Both the position numbers and the translations under genes were made by a program. Positions 1 to 13,898 of a DNA stretch of 64,000 nt are shown piece by piece. Numbering within the stretch: position 1 is the stretch's first letter; each line of letters starts with the position of its first letter. The notes below the pieces were generated by a model that ran no database searches, was not told the DNA's origin, and saw nothing but the letters and a program-made list of their open reading frames with translations. Origin of the DNA: Ancylonema sp. (Eukaryota); assembly GCA_050230475.1 (NCBI GenBank), contig JBFLGF010000005.1, positions 62,001 to 126,000 of the forward strand. Direction: 5' to 3'.

Positions 1-209
1 CCTCGCCCTACCCCACAATATAATCCCCAATCCGTACAAATATTGTGTACGTACCAATATTGTGTACGTACCGATTCCGTACAGTATTAATCAATATTAT
101 TTCGGCGGGATTGGAAAGATGTATTAGTTGTCACGTTTCAATGGTTTGTGAATAATTATACTCACCCAAGGTCGGGACCAGGAAGAATATTATATACCAT
201 TGGTTATTA

Positions 210-1036
210 CAGTGCTCCCTCGACATAATGACCCTCTTTATAACGACAACCTTGATATATCGATAGCTTTTTTGAACTTTTTTAAAATCAATATGAAATC
301 GCCCTCGATATAAGCATACAACGACACTCTATATAATGACAAATTATTTCACAAATTTGTTACTTAATGTCCTTATACCTTGTATATAACGTTATTGCTC
401 GCAGATAACGATGTATGGAAATCGAGAAAAATCTAGAAAACTCATGAACGACACCTCAAATTCTCTACAACGTGTTCGAGTTGTTCCATTTGTCATCTCA
501 AGAGAACGCCGCCTCTGTCCTCCTCGGGTCAAGAACTAAGCTCTTGTATATGTAGCAGTAGTTCCTCCTGGGTTGAGAAGCACTCACAAGTTACACTCAT
601 GCTATGTTAACGTTACTAGCTGTCAAAAAGTGTCCATGTTGTTCATTGTTCCAACCGTCCACTGCATTTACTCCATGTCCAACAGAATGTGCGTGTCCGG
701 TGTTGCTTTGAAACAACCTTAATACCTCCCCAACTCTCCTCGTAACGTTTTGTGGTATATTTTGTCCATCCTCAAGTATTGGTATCATGACGCACTAGTA
801 TACCTCGAATGTCAACACACACGCTAAATTGGATAATCATGCCAAGGCAACTTACTCTAGGAAACACGTAATAAACACATTTGCTTATTCACTTTGCTTC
901 ATTCGCAAAGTCCCTCGATACAATGACCGAGATTTCAGATTCTGGTAGGAAATGTCGTTATACAGTGCATAACGACACTTCGATAAAACGACACTTTATT
1001 GGGATTTTTTTTGGTCGTTATATCGAGGGAGCACTG
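210..1036. mobile_element. Non-autonomous pogo/Tc1-mariner-like DNA element (~830 bp)
   Basis: TIRs cagtgctccctcgacataatgacc (210) / ggtcgttatatcgagggagcactg (ends 1036). Flanked by ttatta on both sides. Subterminal 'ataacgac' repeats. No transposase ORF. Confidence 0.8.
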
Positions 1037-1215
1037 TTATTAAGAAAACAATAATTAAGAAAGGTCTTACTGCCCACGTCTCGACCCTTGTTGACGTTCA
1101 ACAAAGATGTGAGTCCGGACCGATCCGTTGGTTTGCTAAACCACTAAATTAAAGAGGGTCCTTGATTTTGTTATATATGAACAAAATCATGGGCTGCAGT
1201 GTTTTCTTTTTTATA

Positions 1216-1730
1216 CCGTACTGGCCACACATAATGACCCGCAAATAATTATGAAAAGGGTGAGTCGGGTCAAATTAAATAGTTTTTTTTTTTTTTTTTT
1301 TTTTCAAGGGTCATTCTCTTATGTGGGTCTCCAGATAATAAATATTTTTCAGGATTTTGGGAAATTTCTATTGGGTGCGCGGGATGGGTCAAGTGGTAGT
1401 TTTTCAGATGAATTCATTCTTTTTTTTAAACCCGGGTCAGTATGTATGGCCACAACGGGTATTTTTTGTTGCATCATTGCCCGCGGTAGGTTGGTGTACC
1501 ACACATAATGACCCGAATATTAAAAAAACGAAATACTTTAGCTAATGAACCACCATTTGACTCAACCCGCACCCAATATACCTTCTCCCAATCACCTAAA
1601 AAATAGTTATAATTTGGTGACCTACACATTAAAAGATGACCCACTTTGTACAAAAAAAATGAATTATTTGATTTGACTCGACCCACCCTTTTCAGAATTA
1701 TTTGAGGGTCACTATGTGTGGACAGTATGG
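1216..1730. mobile_element. MITE with long TIRs and TA target duplication (Tc1/mariner-pogo type)
   Basis: ta|ccgtactggccacacataatgaccc...gggtcactatgtgtggacagtatgg|ta; inverted similarity extends over 100 bp. Confidence 0.8.
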
Positions 1731-2165
1731 TAGGCAACTAAGTTGTCAATACGTCAATACCCACGATTGACGTATCCCGTGGGGATTCAGAAGCCATTTC
1801 TTTGTATTTTTCTCATGAATTCATAGGTTGTCCGGGGGAATCCATGACACATACGAGCACCTATACATCTATACATGGAGACCAACGTATGTTTTGTTTT
1901 CTGCAGTTATTCCAATTCCGATGGTGGATCTGCAATCTAGCGCTTGTCCGGATGGGGGCGTCGAATGTGAGTTTCTTTTTAAAAACAAACTTCATATGCA
2001 ACTGATGTGGCGCGAAGTAAAAGATTGCCTCTCCCCTCCCCCTCCCGGAGCCCCCTCAAGTTGGACCCGATTCAATCCGGAAAACTTCAATCCGGCGCTG
2101 ATCCGGATTGGGTCCGATCCGGCTCCGATCCGGTCCAATTGGAGAAGAGCATACATATACGCAAC

Positions 2166-2417
<252 letters not shown>

Positions 2418-2809
2418 CATACGGACAATAATATTGACAAACAATTTTGCATTCGGGTCATATACGAAAATGCATCCAAACATACATATACCATTCGTGT
2501 ATTTATGCCTACATTCATAAATACACATATGTGAACATACATACATACATATACACATACGAATACACAAATACATGCCGATTGACATCGAATCTACATG
2601 TATACATCTACAACCAGACACACATATTCACGTAGATTCATGTATTTTGAAAAATACACATACACTCATGCATACATACATAAAAAATCCGCCGAGTATC
2701 ACAACAAATAACAAGTCAAGTCGACAAGTCCGCGATAATCTGATCCAATACCAACCGAATTCAGAATCTCGGTCTTCCCGGGTTCGAAGTAAGGACCGGG
2801 GCAGACCCC

Positions 2810-2858
2810 TCCCCCCCTCCCCCCTCTCCTCCCCCCCCCCCCCCCCCCCCCCCCTCCC
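2810..2858. repeat. poly-C tract
   Basis: Near-homopolymeric C run. Confidence 0.9.
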
Positions 2859-3315
2859 ATTTTTTCCCCCCGGGTACTTTCTAGGGAAAAAGTGGACGGG
2901 CCGGGAAATTTCACCCTAATTATTTTTGTGGCATTTTTGTACCATGCACGAGACTCAATAAACCAAGAAATGATTTTTTTCGGAATTATATATTTACGGA
3001 ACACCTCTCAACACCCCGAAAGAAAAAATAGAAGGACCCTACTACAAGGTTTCTGGCCGCCCAGATGTAAAACAAAACTCGAAAACAAAACTCGATGTGA
3101 CAAGTTTGTGTAACTATGAAGTAATCGACTTACACCAATATAAGTACATAGTATGTTCATACACGTATACTGTTAGAACCCTCGCTACAGTTACTAGGGC
3201 TCCCTAGCGAGGTCCCCACACTTAGCGCTAGAGCGCTACTAGCTCAGTTTTCCCTATAGCGAGTCATGTCCCTATATAGTGAGACTTGTGTCCCTAGCGG
3301 CCGCCTGGCCCTTAC

Positions 3316-4919
3316 TAGAGTGGCGGTCTACCCTTAACCCGGAAAACCCTAAACCCGTAACCCTGCGGTATCAACCCGCAAATTACCCGTCAACCAAAAA
3401 CCGGGTTAAAAACCCGCAATACCCCGGCATAACCCTTGTACCCGAAAATACCATGAATACCCTAGGGTATTTGAGGGTATTTGAGGGTATATGAGGGTAT
3501 TTTAGGGTATTCCAGGGTACATCAGGGTAGGTTATGGTAGGTTGTTCCGGGATTTTTTTGTCATTTATAACCTATAAATGAAGTTGTCTCCACTCCTGCT
3601 TTCACCCGACTCCAAGAGTGATACTTAGGTCCTACGAATGAAGATGTCGTGGAGGAAATGGTGAGGGCTTCTACTACTCTGGTGGCCTTAACCCCGGTGA
3701 TGGATCCGACGGGTGACAATGAGGAGGACGTTCCCACCATGGATCCTATTGGCGTAGAAGAACGCATCCGTGAGGATGAGGCACGATCAACATTGGCGCG
3801 CCAACAGTTCCTCCAGCGCAAGTGGGAATCCCAGCAAAGGGCGTACCTCCCAAGGGAAAGTGGGGATGGAGAAAATCTTTCCCTCGAAACAATTTTCTCG
3901 GATAACATTGGAGCCCCTTAGCACAAAAAAACTATGCCGTGGATAATTCTTATATGAATCTTTTCTTAGAGTTTTTAATGATCGTTCCTAACTTGGTATG
4001 ACTATTTTGTGAAGATATTTATTGATTCGAGGTTCCGGAATATGATAGTAGCAACTCGTTGATCAATCAGGGTATTCGTAGAAATTTATCAATCTCCTTG
4101 CCAATCTTTCTTGGCCTCAATTGAAAATAATATGCGTGCTATGCTATTTCACACTATCAAGTGTTTGAAAGGGATAACATCGATGACATGGAAAATAGGC
4201 GCATCACAACAAAAACTATCACAAGTTGTACGTCGCGCATAACACAAGTATCATACAAGCGTCACCCAAACATCATGTAAGTGTCCATCAAATCATAATC
4301 ACAACACTACTTAAAATATTCATAAGTATCATTTTCTTACATTCACCTAATGAATAAGATGAGCGAGTCACTATGGTTGAAATGCTCCATATTATTTACA
4401 ACCATACAGTGAAACCTGTCCTAATTAATATTGTGCTAATTAATAACTTGTCCTAACTAACAGAAAATTTACTACCCGATTTCCGGTAATCACCCAGAAT
4501 CTGACGTGTTAATTAATAACCTGTCTTAATTGATAATATTTTCCGGTCCCGACAGTATTAATTAAGACAGGTTTAACTGTACCGTCAAATACTCGTGTAT
4601 ACAACGTCTAGGCATTACGATTGCGCGTCTTTTAAAGAGACTATCGTAACACTCGAATTTTAGTAATGCAAAGTTTATTTTTTATTAAATGGAACTTTTT
4701 CTAGCATTTGGTACGGTATAATACCCTCACGGTATGTTAAGATATGCTAGGGTTATTCCGGGTATTTGAGGGTTTTTAGGGACATTTCCGGGTATTTAAG
4801 GGTTTTTGAGGGTACGGTGGGGGTACTTAGGGGTACATTAGAGTATTTGCAGGTTACTTGAGGGTATATGCGGGTGATTTTTTAATCGTACAAAAAAAAT
4901 GCGGGTTACCGTCACCCTA
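3316..4919. mobile_element. Non-autonomous hAT-like element inserted in the solo LTR
   Basis: TIRs tagagtggcggt / accgtcacccta. 8-bp flanks gcccttac / gcccatag (6/8). Dense taccc/gggta subterminal repeats. Internal acidic ORF remnant at 3649-3921. Confidence 0.7.
4407..4579. mobile_element. Small pogo/Tigger-like MITE nested in the hAT element
   Basis: ta|cagtgaaacctgtcctaattaata...tattaattaagacaggtttaactg|ta (24-bp TIR, 22/24; TA TSD). Confidence 0.85.
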
Positions 4920-6362
4920 GCCCATAGGTAGTATTCTGATGTGTCCTTAGCTCAGGCAGTTGGGCCTTTAGCCAGACTGATGTGTCATTAGCATATTCAG
5001 AGTGAGTTATCCCACATTGTTGCTAGTGTCAACTAGGGTCGTTTTTCCTACATCTAGTCGATAGGAATGCCTCTAGAGCAATCCTACCAACTCATGTATT
5101 TTGCGCCTCTTTCGAGTTGACCATTATCATACCAAACCATTTCCATCCGGCTTATGCCATCATTGTATTCCGGCCTTGCGCTGTCATAACCCTTTGTGCA
5201 ATTTGCAACTTGCTTGCTAGGGGCTCTTGCATCCGCCCCTAACATATACACGCGTATGCATGTTCGTGTATATTCATTTACTGGTTCGTTTTTGTTTGTA
5301 TGTTATACATACAAACAAACTTGCAAAAATACATGGATATCTATAAACATTCCTACACATGTGTAGGGTCACGTGTAAAAAAACATACATACATGCTTAC
5401 ACAAGTGTATACATATGTGAGTACATGGATACAAACGTGTATATTTTTACTGTGCATACTTTTTCTGAATGTCGCATAAATGTGTGTCCAAGCCAGCAAA
5501 GGATGAATTTTACAAAACCTTCTTGGTTATTTATTAAAGATTTTGACCAAGTACTATTGCCTCACACATTTTGCGTTTGTGAACTTTTGATTTCTTTCGT
5601 TATCATCTTCTCTTTTTCATCTTCGCATATTCTCTCCAAAATATTCGTTTTATTATACAATACATGATCGTAATGCTTATATATCGGAATATCATCAGAT
5701 CGGATACATTGGATGGGAATAAAAGCATTTGGTTCCGAATAGAATTTGCAAAACAACGGTGTTGATGATGCCATGGTCAAAATCCTTGTCCACATTTCAG
5801 AATCTTAGTGAGAAGCCTGTTAGCCTTGAAACAAATCGCTATCACATGCCTACCGTTCTACACATGTCCAAACAAATTTATAGTTCACTTCCATGGCGGA
5901 TAACTTTGGTTTGGTTGTATGCAGGAGTGCAGGTTGGTTGAAATGAAAAGATCACCACAGGTGAGTTTGATGCATTCGTCAAAATTGGAACGAACCTCGT
6001 GCCGTCTTCCTTGGCCTTGAAAGGCACGATTGTTGCTTTAGGCGTCTTCATGATGTCGTTTCTTACATCAAGACACACCAATCATAGCAAGACTTAACCA
6101 TGGGCTTCGCGAGAACATATGTAGTAAACTCAAAGAATGAGAGCTCGAATACCACCCACTCCTTCGGAGGTCCGAGTGAATGGTACACGGATAGGTGTAG
6201 GAAGCAAACGGGTTTGTATGAACAACACGGTATGAGGCAACTTTAGTCTCTCTAGTCAAGGTGGATAAAGCGGGTGCAAGGGAAAGGCCACATTTATATC
6301 GATGACTCCCATCATTCTTTCGATTCACCACTCAAAAAGAACTTTCCGAGAGCTTAAGGGAG

Positions 6363-7034
6363 TCATGGAGATGGCGATAAGTCAAAAACATCCATGAACG
6401 AATCTATCAATTTTTCTCGAACAGTATTCATATCAGGTGGTTGAAGTTGATTGCCTGTCATTTCCCTATGCAATGTGGTCACCTCCTTATCACGGATGCC
6501 ACATGGCACAATGTGCTGAAAGAAGGCTAGATCAGGGTTCACATTGAATGCTAATCCATGACTTGTAACCCCTGCAGAGATCCTAACCCCTACTGCTCCC
6601 AGTTTTCGATCCCCGACCCACACTCCTGTCTGACCGCACACCCTTCCCCTCGCTGCCACCCCAACGGCCTCGGCGCTTTTAATCATGACGTCTTCGAGAT
6701 TGTTCACGTATTTTCTGGCCCCCAATTTCAGGTCGTGCAGATTCAGTATGGGGTACAGGACAACCTGTCCAGGTCCATGGAACGTGACGTCCCCCCCGCG
6801 ATCAGTTGCGTACACCTCGGCACCCAGTTTGTCCAGCTCAGCAGGTGAAGAGAGGATGTTGTGGACCGTCTGACGCTTCCCTACCGTATACACGGGAAAG
6901 TGGTCAACGGAAATGAGAACATCAGAAATGTTTCGCAGCAGACGATGCCGAGCAAGCTTCTCCTGAAGCTCCAGAGCTGTGCCATAGTCGATTGAGCCCA
7001 GCCGCAAAATTGAGATTGGGGGGCGAGGGGGCAT
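6363..7034 (-). CDS. LIP2: Lipoyl(octanoyl) transferase, plant mitochondrial LIP2-like, intronless
   Basis: Motifs HFPVYTVGKR, TDRGGDVTFHGPGQVVLYPI, GVWVGDRKLGAVGVRIS, TSHGLAFNV, IVPCG. First ATG at 7034 (the ORF-track start at 7091 is TTG). Confidence 0.95.
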   Translation of the reverse strand: MPPRPPISILRLGSIDYGTALELQEKLARHRLLRNISDVLISVDHFPVYTVGKRQTVHNILSSPAELDKLGAEVYATDRGGDVTFHGPGQVVLYPILNLHDLKLGARKYVNNLEDVMIKSAEAVGVAARGRVCGQTGVWVGDRKLGAVGVRISAGVTSHGLAFNVNPDLAFFQHIVPCGIRDKEVTTLHREMTGNQLQPPDMNTVREKLIDSFMDVFDLSPSP

Positions 7035-7678
7035 TCTTTCGGCGAATGTCGGGAGTGGATGCAAGTATTTTCCACCTGCTTGCCACTTCAACTTCTTTGT
7101 TCAAATTCTTCGCATGCCACCGGTGAATATGCACTTGCACGTATAAGTGCATAACCCACGTGTCAGACTGCCTCTTGAAGGCATGATGTTTTGGTCGTTC
7201 GGTGACGGTTCGTGGCCTTTGCTCTGAGCTCTGGGCTTCAGACCTCGCAGCCTCCGGGCTGCGAGCCCAGAGATGTCAGCCAAGAATGAGTCCGGAGCCT
7301 GGATCGGAGCTCGCAGCCCTGAGCCCAGATCGGAGCCCAAAGCTCGCCCGTGGGCTCGGTGGATGGACTTTTCCAGTCTTTGTGCTCTTGGCTCAATGAC
7401 CTCAAAGCCCATGGCCTGCGGGCTCTTTGGGATGTGGGTCCCCGAATGTCTTCTGACGGTAATGTACAGTCACTCTGCTAGCTCTCGGTATAGTCTCCTT
7501 TTCACGGGACTTGCGGGTGGACGGCGCGGGTGAGGCATAACAAAATGCCGCGATCAGACATATCTGAGGACTGCCTTCGAGCCGGTTGCAGGTCGTTGCT
7601 TCGGATGAGCACGTCAACAGTGATGTTAATCAACACCAGGAATTAAGGCAATTTTGAAAGTCAACCAGCGATACATCC

Positions 7679-10600
7679 ATGAATATCGGTCCCGCTCTGA
7701 CTGGGTCGGAGGGACTGGTTCTTAGCGATGTACACGTAGGGTGTCCCGCTTCTGAATTGGTTTGGACGAGTCTTTTCCGTATGGAGAACATCGAGGAACC
7801 AAGATGTGTCTCGAAACAACAGGAGTCAATCTCAATGGAGCCTCGAGATAGAAAACCTGGAGCTGCCACTTCCGCCTGGGATAGCGCTGATTCCGAGGAC
7901 GAGACGAAGCAGGGAACCGGATCAGGTAGATGTGGTAACCTTCAACTGCGTTCCGGCTGTCAAAGATTCTCTGAAGAAAATGTAAGAAGTCGTACATAAC
8001 AGAATAGGAAGTGCTTGACAGTCAGCGGGCGGACATTGTTTACTTTGTTCCGATGGTTTGATAGAATGAGAAAGTTGGGTCGCGTGATTTTACAAAGAAA
8101 TGGCTGCAGAACTGCATCATTTCCAACAAGCATTGTTCGTAAATGATGGTAAGCAGCACTTTATTTTAGTCTTTATTTTAGTTTGAAGAACGATAGCCCC
8201 CGCAAGACTAGCAACCAGGGTACATTATTGTAAGTTATTGTTAGTTACATAGCATCACTAACTGCTGGCGACCCAAGCAGCATAGTCGTTCGAATCCACA
8301 AGTTCCAGACCCGGATCTTGAACGGTAGAGGTTACTACCGAAGAAGACTTCGTTCGGAACCCTTTTGTTTATTTCTCTTGCGGGGGATAGCCTTATTGGG
8401 AGTTGGGGACATGCGTCATTAAAAATCGACAGATAGTTTTCTCTTGTACTTCTTGACATTACCAATCCAAAAAATAAATAAAAATCATACAACCGAAAAA
8501 AGACGAGTTAAAAACGTAACCACATGATGTTATGAGTGAATGCGGGCCACCCGCTCCTTGGTAATTTGGATTATTTTGCAAGAAACTTGGTTGTTATTTT
8601 TCAACCGAGTTTAGAATCTTCATGGTTGACCTCTTCATTTCCACAAAATAAGTAACAATTCCATTATTCATAGATGTTTCAAAAATTATGTGCAGGAAAT
8701 CGTTGGCAACATGTATTTGGAGCAAGTAGTTGATAGCAGCCACAAATCTTCGTTCACACAAAAATCGCCTCCGGTGGGAGTGAGAATTCTCGAAATGAGA
8801 AAAGCACTTTCGAGTGACGAGTTCCCTTGCAAAATCGGTTCCGGGAAAAAAATGGCCGAGGCATGAGTCTATTCCAAGCAATCCCTCGTTTGTTTAATCC
8901 TTGCAGACACCGAAGTAGGCGTTGATGAAGGTGGCGACCTGATCTTACGAAGACCGCGAAAACGGTTGCGGAGAGGTAAGACGGAAGGTGGAACAATGGC
9001 TCTTGCTGCATCCGCCCGTCATTTTTTTTTCATTTGTTTTTATTTGTTAGAAGAGGGAGCTTCAAAGCGAATGGCTTGTGGTTCGTCCATGTTAGGGTTG
9101 TACCTTTCTCACGTTGTTGCAGTCATGGTCGTGGTGATTGTCATGGCTATGAGGGAATGATGGTTAACCAACCAGTGATGTGCACGGTTCGGTTACGGTT
9201 CCTTGGGAGAGTATGGGGTTGGGGTTGGGAATGGAGTGGAATCATTTCCATGTATCTACAAAAAAGATCTCCTAGAGAGCCTCGTATTTTTCCCCTCGGC
9301 CCCCGCCAATTTATCGCTGTGTTTCTCGCCTCATCTCTAAGAAAGTGGCCGTCCTTTTGCAAATCGGTTACGATGCGTGGCATTGTTTTCCCCTCATGCT
9401 TTGTCGTGGGCTGTCCGAGCAGGAGCTATAGCCTCCCCTCACCCCTCCTCCCTCCTCATCCACCACGCCATGGGGACCAACGTCGAGGACGTGGGGCTGC
9501 AGGTAAACGCAACTTCGCTCTCCAACTGGTGTACCTTCTTCACCCTTTCACATCTTATTCAAAAGGTGGCGAGTGGGTGCAGGTTTGGCGAGGGGCTCTG
9601 CTCCTAGCAGACTTCCTCCTTCAAGACCATGAGCGATGGAGAGGGGGTACCGTTCTGGAGCTGGGTGGGGGGACAGGCAAGGCTGTCTTGCACCTCCACA
9701 GGGGACCTTGAACACAAAAGAGAAAGGGCGCCTATTTGTGTGCTCATGCAATCTCTTCAATGCAGGCTTGGTGGGAATCGTAGCCTCACGAGCCGCCGCC
9801 CGAGTCTTCATTACAGGTCTCCCCCATTGTTCACCACTCACCCAAGTGGTATCTTTATCGTGTATCGTGGAAATCTGTGACGGGTTTCAGAGCCCCCCTC
9901 TGCTTTTTTGGTGCAGACCGGGGCAACGACATCTTGTCCAACTGTCTCCGTAATGTAGAGGCCAACTGCCATGACGCCTCCTACTCCACGCTCCCCAGGG
10001 TCCGACATCTGGATTGGGAAGAGGGTTGGCCACGTGGCAGCGATGGGGGGGAGGTGGCGCCGTATGATTGGACACGGGAGGAACTCGTGGAGGTGTACGA
10101 GGCGGATGTTCTTCTCGCGGCTGATGTGGTGTACAGCTGCGAGATAACAGAGGCTTTCTTCAGGATGGTGTCGCTCCTTATGCCTAAGGGATCCTCCAAG
10201 GTGAGAGGGGTGACAGGCGATTGGGGAGCATGAATGAGCACCTCCGCCACAGTGCCCCACCGCCCTCCAACTCCGTAGGGGATCACCAGGTTTTGGTTCC
10301 GTTTGGGTGTTGGGAATCGGTTTTTTGTGGGGATTAGCGATTTCTCTACTCCCCACCATTGTGGATATTTGAGTAATTGAGTATATAACCTCAAATGTAC
10401 CACTTGCTTGTGGTGTGTATGACGTATGCGGTGTCCAACATCACGGTGGTATGATGTATGTGGTGTTCAACATCACCTGCTTGAATCTTCACATGATTTT
10501 TCTCCCTTTTCTTTGAGCGCCAACATCATTTATGAATCAAAGTGAGTGGGAGTTTCATGTTTGGGTGAGCAGGTGTTGTACCTTGCTCTGGAGAAGCGCT

Positions 10601-10863
10601 ACAACTTTTCTATGGACGAGGTAGCCGTGGTGGCCACTGGCTATGAGCACTTCAAATCCTTTTTTGTGGAGCACAGTTGGAAATCCAGGATTCCGTCTGG
10701 CAATGAGGATGCAGACGGTTTGGAAACCAAATGTGATTGTAGGGAAGATAGGGATACACGCCAATGGGTCAGTAGAATACAACCTTGCCACGACATTAAA
10801 CAAAGCATCTTGGATTATGAGCGGGGGAATGACTTGGAACTATGGGAGATAAAGAGGCGGTGA
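7679..10863 (+). CDS. METTL22: Methyltransferase-like protein 22 (lysine MTase family 16), 7 exons
   Basis: Exons ~7679-7925, 8907-8975, 9423-9502, 9583-9676, 9766-9816, 9917-10200, 10573-10863 splice in phase. Motifs LSDVHVGCP, DEGGDLILRR, VGLQVWRGALLLADF, VLELGGGTGL, LLAADVVY, LYLALEKRYNF, YERGNDLELW. Confidence 0.9.
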
Positions 10864-11592
10864 TGCTTGATTTTATATTAGCGTTTGTGACCTAGTGTGG
10901 ATGTGTCAATACTTGATTAGATCATCCTTTCATTGTGAGATACAACTTCGGTGCGTTATGGATGGTTTGACACATGAACCTCATCATGTCATGTGGAGGG
11001 ATAATTTCTTGAAAAGGTGTTAGGCATTATTATGCGTTTCTACCAGACACGAAATCAGGTATCGGAGACATTGCTTTTCTAGTCGCCCAACCGTGTCTCT
11101 ACAAAAAAGCACATCATGCGGACACACGTGCAAGAATTCACTTCTGTGAAAAAAAACGAACAGTGTGGCAATCATAAGTGATTTGCTTATTTTGGTTTGT
11201 TTAACTAAACACCTTCAATCCGGTGTTTGGTCTTCCACATATGCCAACGTGTTGTTTTGAAGGCCTCCCATTCCAAAGCATTTGTATGTAAGACCGCATT
11301 AAGAATTAACAAAAGCTTTTGTACGAGATTTGGCCCATATTTAATGCTGGTTCCGTTCGTATTTGGATGAAACCAATAGTTTTTTCTGAGTTCCAAGATG
11401 GAATTGGTTTGGAACTCGGCATCTCATGCGATTTCTGGATTTCTATTGCTCCTGTAGTAAATTGGTTTAAATTTTTACAATCTCACGCTAGGAAATTACA
11501 CGGTTGTACGGATATAACACGTTGACTGCCCGTCACTAATGACAAGTACAATTGCGAGATCCATAAAATACTGATTTTTATACAAACATGCT

Positions 11593-12528
11593 TTAGCCCT
11601 TCTGAAGTTCAACTTGCCATTCCAAGACGTGTTGCATTTTGTTTTCGCTTTTGGGAGAGTCGGTTCCATCTAAGCAAAAGTCTTGAAACATTTTTTCGGT
11701 TTGTGCAACTTTGGTATCATTGGGGCCTTGAGTGAGGCTCAAGTCGTCCACTTTTAAGCCGGAAGGAGTTAAGACAAAAGACGTATTGAGCACACATTTT
11801 TTTTTCAACGTCTTTATGAGGTTTGCCCGCAACACATTATTATCCTGTAGCGTGCAAAACATATGTGTACTGAGTTTTCAATTGGTAAAATTTCGGCCTG
11901 AAATTATATCATATTTTGGGTGCCACGTACACGAACTCTTGCACCCCGGGATGGTACCGATGACGGTGTTTCAATTTCTGGTTAACATAGAAACACATGC
12001 TTACCAGACAAGCAACTCATCCGCTTGAGCTTATTTCGCGTAATAAGGTGCCTCATCCCGCATGAACGTTTTGTCCAAATTTTGAATCCTATGACGTAAT
12101 CTGCTCAAACCATAACCTTAAGCTTTGCCCGTAAGCTTCGCCTTTTGTAATGAGTTTCGAACGATGTTCGTGGTAGTATTCGCATTTAGTGACACATGCG
12201 CGGCCGTCCTTGATGCTTGAGGGTCTTCTTTGACTTCTCCGGGTCGTACTCTAAAATAAAAGCCCCCCAAGTCAGCATCTTCACGTCTCATCATCTCCAT
12301 CACTTACACATGAGAACTTATCGTCCGTTAAGGACCTTTTGTCCCTTATGTCCTTCGTAAATGATTTCGGATTTTCAAAATGAATAACACCCGATATAGT
12401 AACCCTCGAACAATCTTACTTTTAGTAACACTCTTGTATAGGAACTTCAAATACTGCCGCGTATTGCTATATAAATGTAGACCCGATATAGAATAGTGAA
12501 CATGTGTTACACTAAGCCAAAAAATCAT
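11593..12528 (-). pseudogene. Decayed long reading frame of unknown origin
   Basis: Track ORFs 12346-12528, 12118-12303 and 11593-11862 are all in the same frame, joined through a few TAA/TGA stops. No family recognised. Confidence 0.35.
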
Positions 12529-13350
12529 GATTATACTACTGGAAGGTTACGATAATATAATGAATCCATGTTTTATGCGTGTGATACGTCGCATACTTAA
12601 TGACGTAAAGAAAGAAGGAAAAACTGATTTGAAATAATGCTTGGAGAAGGCTATATTTGTCCACCTGAAGGATCCATCTACAACATGGTGTCGCCGGCCC
12701 AAGCGTGAAATATATGCAACCCTTTGTTTTTACACGTGCTAAATATTTCATCTCTCGTGTTAGTAACATTTGCCATCACCGTTTACAGTAAGTATTACTT
12801 CGAAGTGTATTCGCTATAAAGTAATAATTCGATACATGAACCCGAATTCCCGCCGCAAAAAAAATTATAATATCGAGGTGAGACTCTAATTTATAAACGA
12901 TTCGTAAAAATCATTCCGAAAACTTAGTAGTCTCATCGATTTTTCGATACAATGCGTGCCAAAAAACAAGATCCCCAAAATTACAGGGAAACCGATCCAA
13001 CTCGTGAAAACGCACACGAAGTGTGTCAGTGGACAAAAGCCAATCTCACGCATCCGAAACCAAATACCGTGGGATAGGTCGAGGTATATGCAAATCTCCT
13101 GATTTCGACTTCGAAATTGAAGTGCTCATGTGTGAACTATTGGGTAGCGGGCCTACACTGACAACAACTAGGAAAAGAAGATCGTTGTACGTAAGCACCT
13201 CGACATAACGTAACAAATATGAAAAGAAATGTTGTCACATCGAGGTGTCATTCTATGGTGTATATCGACATTTACTAGCACTATTTTGAAATGCGTCTCA
13301 CTACATCGAGGGGATGTGTAGATTAGGCAAAGTGAATACCCAATTGTGCT

Positions 13351-13898
13351 CATTGATGCACCGGGGGTGGCCCGTATTAGGTACGGCACGTTTTCCGCAC
13401 GGGGCCGAGAGCAATCTGCCGTCCTTGGCAAATGCAAACGTCTTACGGATTTGCTCGCAAACGTATGGAATACGTCCGTGGAATGCGGCAAACGTTTACG
13501 GAATGTACGGATGCAAACGTTTGCGATTTCAAACGTTTGAAATACGTCCGTGAAATGCGGAACACGTGTACGGATTGTACGGATGCAAACGTTTGCGATC
13601 GCAAACGTTTGCGTGTAGTTGTTTTTTTACTTATTGGATGTTTCACAAAATATTGGTTACGTTTTGATGGTGAACGTCATGAACAAATAATGACGAGTGT
13701 TACAAACTTTCGTACTTCAGTTACAGGAAGTGTACTACAGGTAAACTAAAGAAATACGCTGCGAACGTTTACAAAACGTTTGCAAATGCAAACGATTTGC
13801 AAACGTCGTTTGCATTTTTCGCCGTACGCACGTATTCCGTACGTACGCGTTTGTAATGCGGCGTTTACAGACATTTTTTCCATCCCGGTGCATCACTG
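13351..13898. mobile_element. hAT-type MITE (548 bp)
   Basis: TIRs cattgatgcaccggg / cccggtgcatcactg. Perfect 8-bp TSD attgtgct (13343-13350, 13899-13906). Internal aaacgtttgc palindromic repeats. Confidence 0.9.

Larger units (their letters stand above)
3171..5244. mobile_element. Solo LTR (~470 bp of own sequence) split by a hAT insertion
   Basis: Termini TGTTAG...CTAACA; perfect 5-bp TSD tatac at 3166-3170 and 5245-5249. Confidence 0.8.

Noticed and set aside
7220..7420. gagccc/gggctc repeats upstream of LIP2 (similar tract at ~31930-32060) and the overlapping 103-aa ORF
   Set aside because: Likely a MITE remnant; termini could not be defined and the ORF has no recognisable motif
13430..13860. 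Regularly spaced aaacgtttgc palindromes as an operator array
   Set aside because: Entirely inside a MITE with TIRs and a perfect 8-bp TSD
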